A stretch of 64,000 bases of DNA from an uncultured delta proteobacterium (GTDB lineage Bacteria; Myxococcota_A; UBA9160; SMWR01). The translations under genes and the position numbers were made by a program. The DNA lies in NCBI GenBank assembly GCA_963832165.1, contig CAWHTE010000002.1, positions 32,001 through 96,000 of the forward strand, in the 5' to 3' direction. Positions 58,601 through 64,000 of the stretch are shown one piece after another; within the stretch, counting starts at the first letter, position 1, and each line of letters starts with the position of its first letter. The notes beneath the pieces were generated by a model that made no database searches, was not told the DNA's origin, and was given only the letters and a program-made list of their open reading frames with translations.

Positions 58601-61600
58601 TACAGAGCGCGCAGGGCGTCGGCATCGCGGGCCGAGATGATGGCTTGTATCCGAGCCACATGCGCAGTCGCCGCGTTCGGCCGCACGCGGCGCGTCGGGC
58701 GCTCGGCAATCAGCGCGTCGAAGCGCGCGAGCGCGTCGGCCTCGCGGTCGGCGTCGAAATGCTCGATGCGCGCGATCCGACCGTCGCTCGCGAAGACCGT
58801 GAGCAGCAGGAACGTTCGCTCGAATGCGCCGCCGCTCTCGCGATCGGTGCCCGAGAACGTGCGCCGCATCAGATGCGCATCGGGTTGCAGCGCGAGGACG
58901 TCGTCGATCTGTGTCGTGAGATCGGTCGCGAGATCGAGCCAGGCGCGCAGGTTCTGCAGCATCGCAGCCACCCCCTGCGCCGAATGAGTCGAAAGCATGC
59001 GGTGATCGACTACCTGGACCCCGGGTGCGTAAGCGCTGATGGAGCTGTCGGGATCGAACGCTCTCTGGGAGGTCAGCGCGACCGAGCGCGCGACGGCCGC
59101 GGCGCCATCGCGCTCGGGCCCCGGCGGGAGCAGCTCGGCATGGCTCTGGTACAGGCACGCGATCGCGTCGCCGAGGTGGTGCGCAGCGAACACCTCGCCG
59201 CGGAAGCACAGTCCCTCGCGATCGACCGTGGTCACGAGGAGCTGCTCGCGCTCGTAGGGGCCGACATCGATTCGCTCGCCGGTGGCCGCATTCGCAGAGA
59301 AGAGCAGGCGGAACAGCACGAGCGACTCGCCGAGCGTCGCGAGCGGCTCCTGTCGATATTCGAAATTGCTGGCCCGCATCAGCCCACGCAGCGTGGCGAG
59401 CGTTCCCTCGCGGTCGTAGCTGGTGCCGTTGGGATGATCGATCGTCTGAGTGTCGTGGCGGTGCAGTGCGGCGAGCGCATCGATGTCTCGGTTCCGCATC
59501 GCGTGGCCGATCCGCTCCGCGCACGCGGTCGCCGCGTTCGCGCGCACGCGGCGGCGCGCGGGGCGAGCCACCGGTGTGGAGCCGCGGAAGGCGGGATCCG
59601 CCTTCGGCTCCTCCCGCCCTACGGTCCGCGCGCGCTCGGCCAGCAGAGTCGCGCCCTTGGACTCCCAGAGCTCGATCGCGCGTGTGTGTTCGGCGGCCGC
59701 CTCGTCGCTGCGGCCCGCCGCGCGCAGCGCGATCGCGAGGTCGTTGCGCGCTTCGGCGTGGTCGAGCAGTGAGTCGGTCGCGGCCGCGATCTCCACCGCC
59801 GCGCGCGCGAACTCGACCGCGGACGCGGCCTCCCCGCGCTGCGCCAGCGCCGCGGCGCGCACGCCGCGCCAGGCGACCGCGGCCCACAGGTCGTCGCCCG
59901 CGAGCTCTTCGCTCTCACGCGAGAGCACCTCGGCCTCGGTGGCGCGGTTCTGGTTGACCAGCGCCCGGCCGAGGTTCGCAGCGGCTTGCGCCGCCTCGAT
60001 CCCGAGCCCGAGCTCGCGCAGGCCCTGGTAGGCGGGGCGCAGGCAGCGCTCGGCCGCCGCGGGATCGCCCTCGATCAGCTCGATCAGGCCCGCGAACACG
60101 TCGGCCTGCAGCAGTCGGTGGGTGATGCCGAGCTCTTCGACCATGCGCCGCGAAGTGGCGATCATGCGGTGCGCCGCCTCGCTGCGTCCGCGCAGCGCCT
60201 CGAGCACGCCCTGACACCGCAGTGCGACAGCCTCGACCGCGGGCGACCCCTGCGTGATGCGCAGCACGCGCACCACGTCGAGGCAGCGGCCGCTCGCGCG
60301 CGTAACCGGCGACGGGCCCCACAGCGCGGCCTGCGGCGCACCCGCGAGCACCGCGTTGGAGCGCCGGCGGTCGTGGCCGCGCCGCGCCGCGGCGAGCGCG
60401 CGATCGAGCGCGGCCTCGCACGCGCCGCCGCGCCCGAGCGCCTGGAGCGCCATCGCGTGCACGAAGTGAGCCTTCGCCTCGCCCGACGCGTCGCCGGCTG
60501 CCGTGAGCTGCTCGGCTGCGGCCGCGACCGCGTCGGCGGTCGTCCGCAGCGCCTGCGGGTCGACCAGAGCCGCGCGCTGGCCGACGAAGCAGACGTGCCA
60601 GGCGCGCAACCGCTCCGACGCCGCGGCGAAGCGGCCGAGCTCGTCGATCGCGGTGGCGGCGGTGCCGACCTCGCCCGCCGAGAGCAATGCCTCGCACCAG
60701 TCGAGTGCGAGCTCGGCGCGCGCGGGATCGTCCCCGCCGAGGCGATCGATCGCGCGGCCTAGCAGGCTCGCCGCGACCGGCACGTCGTCGCGCGCGAGCG
60801 CGCGGCGGCCCGCCGCTGCGAGATGGCCAGCGGCGCGCTCGCCGAGTGCCACCCCGTGCGCGTCGAGCGGGCCGAGCTCACCGAGGTGCGCATGCGCCTG
60901 CTCGAGATGCCAACCGAGCAGCTCATCGTGCTCGTCCGACTCGCCGACCCGTCCCACCACCCAGTCGGCGAAGCGCTCGTGCAGCTCGGCGCGCTTGTTC
61001 TTGAGCAGGCGGCGATAGGCGGCGTCGCGGATCAGCAGATGGTGGAAGCGCAGCGCGGGTTCGCCCAGGAACCAGCCCGTGTCGGGCTCGATCAGCTCGC
61101 TGCGGCGCAGCGCCTCGAGCAGGCGGTCGAGATCGGCGAGGTCGCGTGGCAACAGCGCCGCGACCGCCGCGCGCGAGAACTGCCGCCCGATCACGGCCGC
61201 GCGCTCGAGCACGGTGCGCTCGTCGGGGCGCAATCGCTCGATGCGCGCCGCGAGCAGCGCCTGGATCGTCGGCGGCATCTCGAGCTGGGCCAGCTCGGCG
61301 CTCGCCGTCCAGCGGTCGCCCTCGCGCAGCAGCGCACCATCCTGGACGAGCATGCGCACGAGCTCACCCACGAACAGCGGATTGCCCTCGCTGGTCGCGA
61401 GCACGCGCGCGGCCACTGCCGCGGGCAGGTCGTCGGCGCCGATCACGTTCGCGGCGAGCCGCGTCGCGGCGCCCGCGTCGAGGCCCGCGAGCGTCACCAG
61501 CTCCGCGACGACGCCGCCCGGTGTCGCGAGTGATGAGCGCGCGTCGCGCAGCTCCGGGCGCGCGGCCACCAGCACGAAGAGCGGTGCGTCGGTGGTCCAC

Positions 61601-62844
61601 TCGATCAGGTGCTCGCAGAGATCGAGCAGCAGCGGCTCGGCCCACTGGAGGTCGTCGATCGCGAGCACCGTTGGCTGGGAGCCCGCAAGGGCGCGCAGGA
61701 ACCTGCGCACGGCGAAGAATGTCTCCTCGGGCGGCGCCGGCGTGCCCGCGAGCAGTGCCGCGACCCCGGCGGCGATCCGGCTGCGATCGGGATCGGCGCC
61801 GAGGAGCCGTTCGATCTCCGCGAGTCCGGCTTCGCTCGGCGCGCTGTCGTCGCGGCCTAGCAGCTGGCGCAGCGCGGCGGCGATCGGCGCGAACGTGGCG
61901 CCGCCGGCCGCGTCGCAGTGCGCGAGCAGCACGGTCGCGCCGTTCTCGAGCCGGCGCGCGACCTCGCCGATCACGCGCGACTTGCCGAGGCCCGGCGAGC
62001 CGAGCACCACCGCGAGCCGCGCGCGCTCGTCGAAGACGGCGCCGTCGTATACGGAGAGGATCCGCCGCAGCTCGGCATCGCGCCCGACGAACGGCGTCGT
62101 CGAGGCGCCGCTCGGTCGCTCGAGTGACATCACACGATAGGCGGCGACGCTCTCCGCGCGTCCCTTCAGCGCAAACGAGCCGAGCGGCGCGAGCGTGACG
62201 AGCTCGGAGACGATCCGGCGCGTCGCCTCGCCGATCACGACGTCGCCGTCGCGCGCCTGCTCCTGGAGCCGCGCCGCGACGTTGACGGGATCGCCGATGA
62301 TCTCGGTATCGCTGCTCGCGATCACCTCGCCCGTGTTCACCGCGACGCGCAGCCCCGTCGCGCCGATCCGATCGGCGTTCTCGTGCGCGAGCGCGCGGAA
62401 CGCCCGCTGCATTGCCACCGCCGCGCGCACGGCGCGGATCGCGTCGTCCTCCGCCACGCGCGGCGCGCCGAACACCGCCTTCACGCCGTCGCCGAGCAGC
62501 TGGGTCACGGTGCCGCCCTGCGACTCGACCGCCCCGCGCATCGCGTGGTAGTAGGCGTCCATGAACCGTCGCACCGACTCGGCGTCGAGCCGCTCGTGGA
62601 GCGCGGTGGAGCCGATCAGGTCGGCGAATACGATCGTGACGACCTTGCGCGCGCCGGTCTCCTCGGCCGCGGGCGCGGGCTGGCCGGCGCCGAGTGCGGC
62701 GCCGCACGCGTTGCAGAAGCGCTTGTCCGGCCGGGCCGGAGCGCCGCAGCTCGGGCAGGTCTGGGGCGGGGCGAGGTTCGCCCCGCAGTCCGCACAGAAG
62801 CGGGCTCCGTCCGGATTCGCAGCGCCACAGGCCGAGCACTGCAT
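52690..62844 (-). CDS. 3384-aa double-zinc-ribbon / class III nucleotide cyclase / STAND ATPase / TPR-like / 16x SnoaL(NTF2)-like repeat protein
   Basis: 4 CxxC; FADLIGST..GDG..GDPVNVAARL; FVGRDAE, GSPGLGKS, LAIDDLQWA, GNPLF, FHHLLIRDAAY; alternating ~140-aa repeats; uninterrupted 10.15-kb ORF with AGGAG SD. Confidence 0.9.
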   Translation of the reverse strand: MQCSACGAANPDGARFCADCGANLAPPQTCPSCGAPARPDKRFCNACGAALGAGQPAPAAEETGARKVVTIVFADLIGSTALHERLDAESVRRFMDAYYHAMRGAVESQGGTVTQLLGDGVKAVFGAPRVAEDDAIRAVRAAVAMQRAFRALAHENADRIGATGLRVAVNTGEVIASSDTEIIGDPVNVAARLQEQARDGDVVIGEATRRIVSELVTLAPLGSFALKGRAESVAAYRVMSLERPSGASTTPFVGRDAELRRILSVYDGAVFDERARLAVVLGSPGLGKSRVIGEVARRLENGATVLLAHCDAAGGATFAPIAAALRQLLGRDDSAPSEAGLAEIERLLGADPDRSRIAAGVAALLAGTPAPPEETFFAVRRFLRALAGSQPTVLAIDDLQWAEPLLLDLCEHLIEWTTDAPLFVLVAARPELRDARSSLATPGGVVAELVTLAGLDAGAATRLAANVIGADDLPAAVAARVLATSEGNPLFVGELVRMLVQDGALLREGDRWTASAELAQLEMPPTIQALLAARIERLRPDERTVLERAAVIGRQFSRAAVAALLPRDLADLDRLLEALRRSELIEPDTGWFLGEPALRFHHLLIRDAAYRRLLKNKRAELHERFADWVVGRVGESDEHDELLGWHLEQAHAHLGELGPLDAHGVALGERAAGHLAAAGRRALARDDVPVAASLLGRAIDRLGGDDPARAELALDWCEALLSAGEVGTAATAIDELGRFAAASERLRAWHVCFVGQRAALVDPQALRTTADAVAAAAEQLTAAGDASGEAKAHFVHAMALQALGRGGACEAALDRALAAARRGHDRRRSNAVLAGAPQAALWGPSPVTRASGRCLDVVRVLRITQGSPAVEAVALRCQGVLEALRGRSEAAHRMIATSRRMVEELGITHRLLQADVFAGLIELIEGDPAAAERCLRPAYQGLRELGLGIEAAQAAANLGRALVNQNRATEAEVLSRESEELAGDDLWAAVAWRGVRAAALAQRGEAASAVEFARAAVEIAAATDSLLDHAEARNDLAIALRAAGRSDEAAAEHTRAIELWESKGATLLAERARTVGREEPKADPAFRGSTPVARPARRRVRANAATACAERIGHAMRNRDIDALAALHRHDTQTIDHPNGTSYDREGTLATLRGLMRASNFEYRQEPLATLGESLVLFRLLFSANAATGERIDVGPYEREQLLVTTVDREGLCFRGEVFAAHHLGDAIACLYQSHAELLPPGPERDGAAAVARSVALTSQRAFDPDSSISAYAPGVQVVDHRMLSTHSAQGVAAMLQNLRAWLDLATDLTTQIDDVLALQPDAHLMRRTFSGTDRESGGAFERTFLLLTVFASDGRIARIEHFDADREADALARFDALIAERPTRRVRPNAATAHVARIQAIISARDADALRALYTDDHVTIDHTTAAELTRDESLRWCRGMWRFRDLSYQIEPLATLGDSLALCHQSTSASGIDAKDVHIGPYEAEQFDVVDADPAGRARRVELFAANQLGDGVARLYERYAELLPDGPERERAAAIARSVALTLFDPDIAVTAFAPGVEAVDHRMLSTHSAQGAAAVLQHLRAWRDLATDLTTQIDDILALQPDAHLMRRTFSGTDRGSGGAFERRFLLLTVFARDGRIARFEWFDVDREADALARFDALTAAPPARRVRPNAATANAARADAAVEARDADAWARLFADRVEYLHHPTGTHFDRDGVVYSLRSMLVSENPFRRHEPLATLGDSLALCRVFYSASAFTSRQWDVGAYERSEIDLSEVDAEGRRCWSECFAADQLGDAIARLYERYAEALPTGPERTRAATSARLVAAQLGRFDLDRLTDAVDPAFETVDHRTLGTWSSRGKQAMVEHWRSMLDLVESMKLRVDDIFALTSQAFLVRITHVGTSRDTGGRYERPYLLLWLFGRDGLGLRCEAFEPDRTADALARLDEFSASPAHPARRVQPNAATANAAAEIAAVQAHDTDAFARLVSDRIEVVDQTTGATYGRSWWLEMLRRTLNVEGLVYRGEPLAVLGESLALCRYATSGTGLASRRFDVGAFESELVRLVEVDAEGCRQRDEIFPAHHLGDAAIRLYERYAGRLPEGPERERATAIARSVAVSMGPFDPDRYASTWSPSIETIDHRFLATHSARGVVEGLRGLRAWLELATDFTVRTDDVLGLRPGLLLHKRTLTGIDRTGGGVFERQWILLEVFGSDGRLLRAEHFDADRDADALARFDELSADPAVRRRVSPNAASANSARVSAAITARDADALETLFAQDCEMVDHTTGAEFGHAGLLDFYRRQFRNTRDLVHRYELLATLGESLALSRTFASGSGASGPVFDVGEFDYENVFIIEVDADGRRRRGEMFRADRLGDATVRLYERYAERQPDGAERESAAAIARAVAVLLGPPTPERWPLAPDIEYSDQRAVGVGSLRGAEAVQQGLRAFIELLENLSTRIDDVLGARPDALLVRAVNSGTLKVSGGEFERHLCQLLTFDAQGQITRWEQFDPEHADAALARFDELTAPPEPRRARRRVRTNAALANMRRTHEAIASRDEQALSTLQTDDVEVVDHTTGTTFDREGDLRIRKSFWRAQDLSLVGERLASLGDALGLTRLKASASGLARGPLDLGPYEVEQILLTEVDAQGRRRRQERFAAHQLGDAVVRMYERYAELLPEGSERERAAATARTLAVHSRQLDRERMVESLADDVEFHDHRAVISAGRGRGRESVGRGIRIGADLFEDEFIRIDDVLALEPDALLVQSTMSGTSRASGGAFELEFLRLWTFDAQGLVSRVEWFDANSEAEAFARFDEVTAGADGGIASLSRPTHDVPDHVGREEPKADPALRIPPNVATHALDRWMQRLEARDWEALPALCAPEMVFDDRRRLIRLTGDRETWLASSRYIARSRVSRRLLATAGDRLMLEWHLFTGVEEAPIEAEQLTVFEVDADGRFLAVIGFDPDDRRAASLEMLDRSASWLPKSAYEFMRGVADRDLARCRAALPDDYVYDDHRRTGAGRIEGADAYVASLAALFQETQEVMFETLYPLARSKGTQLSVAHTFGKLADGGDFESVYLNLAFTESGRIAGLEIFEPEDLDRARARFEELRPDPLHIPANAASRARDRNFEAWSASDWDGLRALAADDFCYEDRSKRALVAGGMEQGIASLRFLQSEGAHLTRKLIATAGNRVAVEHDVWTRAPSEGAFDLERITVTEVDGDGRLRAQILFDSDDRRAAFAEMYDRFAAGEAAEVGGQAPIAALYRASANRDWKAFRSLLTEDAVIGDRRTPGVLGSLDRDQWIASLQAFAELAPNYANEAVRILTWNGRGHVHVARQFGTRDGGPFETTFVTLILTDGERIARIERFDIDAVDAALARFAELCAERH
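54310..54390. repeat. Inverted REP doublet (REPIN/BIME-like) inside the giant CDS
   Basis: Minus 54310-54342 GTAGGGCGGGAGGAGCCGAAGGCGGATCCCGCC; plus 54362-54390 GTAGGGCGGGAGAGCGAAGCGATCCCGCC. Confidence 0.85.
59590..59622 (-). repeat. GTAG-type REP inside the giant CDS
   Basis: Identical 33-mer to 54310-54342; translated as VGREEPKADPA. Confidence 0.88.
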
Positions 62845-62914
62845 CGAGTACCCGCTCCTACCGGGTCGGCTAGTTCTACCCGCCGCGGCAAGTAGTAGTC
62901 AACTCTGGATTTTG

Positions 62915-62952
62915 TCCGCCGATGGCCGCAAGGCCGTAAGGCGGATCCCGCC
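62915..62952 (+). repeat. Degenerate REP 3' half within a hairpin, between asnB and the giant gene
   Basis: GCCGTAAGGCGGATCCCGCC vs REP GCCG-AAGGCGGATCCCGCC; TCCGCC..GGCGGA stem. Confidence 0.5.
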
Positions 62953-62961
62953 GTCTGCGCC

Positions 62962-64000
62962 CTACAACCCGTACGCCTCCTGCAACACGCACAGGCTCGT
63001 CATCGTGAGCATCATCCCGAAGTACCCGCTGCGCGCTGTCGCGTTGCTCGCGGGCGGCGGGTTCGCGATGAACTGCGCCACCGCCTGCGGCTCGAAGAAC
63101 GGCAGCGCCGCGATCCGCTCCGGCCGCAGCGTGTCGAGCGCGAGCTCGCGCATGCGGCCCTTCAGCTCGAACGGCGCGAAGAACGGGTGCTTCTGGCGCT
63201 TGTACACCGTCTCGGTCAGGAACGGCTTGGCCGCCTCGCGCAGCGCGTACTTCTCGACCTCGCCGCGCACCTTCATCGACACGGGCATGTCGCACACGAG
63301 CTCGACGAGCGGATGGTCGAGGAACGGCACGCGCCCTTCGATCGAGTGCGCCATCTCGGAGCGGTCGCCCAGGAAGTTGAGCAGCTTGTTCGGGAAGAAC
63401 GCCTTGAGCCAGAGCCACATCGACTGGTTGAGCGGATCGCGCGGTGAGCCCTCGGGCAGGTCGATCCGGTTCAGGAAGACCTGATAGGGGTCGCGTCCGC
63501 CGAACTCGGCCGCGAACCCCGCCGAGAGCAGCGGCAGCACGCGCTTGCCCGCGATCGCGCGATTGAGGATCCACGTGGGCACGTAGCCGAGCACGCGCTC
63601 GACCGCGTCGAGCGGCAGCGCGTCGCCCTCCGAGGTGCCGAAGTGGCCGAGGTGGCGGTTGCGGTCGCGCAGTGCGGCGATCCGCGCGCGCGCCGTCTCG
63701 GCGTCCTGCCCGGGCACGCCGTAGCGGATCATGTCCTCGCGAAAGAACGGGTAGCCGCCAAGCAGCTCGTCGGAGCCCTCGCCCGTGAGCACCACCTTGA
63801 AGCCGAAGTCGCGCACCTTCTCGGAGAGCAGGAACTTCGCCACCGCGTTCGTGTTATGCGTGATCGTCTCGCTGTGCCAGACCTGGTCGGCGAAGTGGTC
63901 GGCGAGCAGGTCCTCGGGCATCCGGAACACGTGGAAATTCGCGCCTGCGCGCTTGGCCATCTCCTCGGCGATCGGGCCCTCGTCGAACGGCCCCTGCTCG
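62962..64000 (-). CDS. asnB: Asparagine synthase (glutamine-hydrolysing), C-terminal part; 5' end outside the window
   Basis: KVVLTGEGSDELLGGY, GDRSEMAHSIEGRVPFLDH, EKYALREA, RQKHPF. Confidence 0.88.
   Translation of the reverse strand, partial: EQGPFDEGPIAEEMAKRAGANFHVFRMPEDLLADHFADQVWHSETITHNTNAVAKFLLSEKVRDFGFKVVLTGEGSDELLGGYPFFREDMIRYGVPGQDAETARARIAALRDRNRHLGHFGTSEGDALPLDAVERVLGYVPTWILNRAIAGKRVLPLLSAGFAAEFGGRDPYQVFLNRIDLPEGSPRDPLNQSMWLWLKAFFPNKLLNFLGDRSEMAHSIEGRVPFLDHPLVELVCDMPVSMKVRGEVEKYALREAAKPFLTETVYKRQKHPFFAPFELKGRMRELALDTLRPERIAALPFFEPQAVAQFIANPPPASNATARSGYFGMMLTMTSLCVLQEAYGL

Noticed and set aside
62962..64000. asnB as a lasso-peptide cyclase or as a partner of the giant gene
   Set aside because: Motifs fit an ordinary AsnB-family amidotransferase; no precursor or B protein visible; linkage is adjacency only

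Overview
High-GC window made of two very different parts. (1) 1-~50,732: an actinobacterial chromosome segment, Nocardioides-like by gene order. It runs GT2-DUF5719-manB-trm112-SIS-CDF, a two-component pair, ahcY, mtrA-mtrB-lpqB-comF, a clear raiA-motif ncRNA, hpf, a NarL-type regulator, a YcaQ/AlkZ-like gene, secA, tatB-like, mrp, SatD, MgtE-N/DUF1003, a cell-surface modification cluster (sulfotransferase-like x2, PLD, LicD-methyltransferase, acyltransferase-SGNH, EEP x2) and housekeeping genes. Many genes carry single-base indels that look like sequencing errors. (2) ~50,733-64,000: DNA that cuts a parA gene in mid-domain, has different codon style and shows no frameshifts (probable chimeric join or foreign insertion). 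It holds a VOC protein, a SAM methyltransferase, an orphan 51-aa HicB-like ORF missed by the ORF track, a partial asnB and a 3384-aa protein. That protein has a double zinc ribbon, a class III nucleotide cyclase with non-canonical specificity residues, a STAND ATPase, a TPR-like region and 16 tandem SnoaL/NTF2-like domains in 8 A/B pairs. GTAG-type REP palindromes are translated in frame at its module junctions. All family assignments come from motif recognition and gene order, not from database searches.
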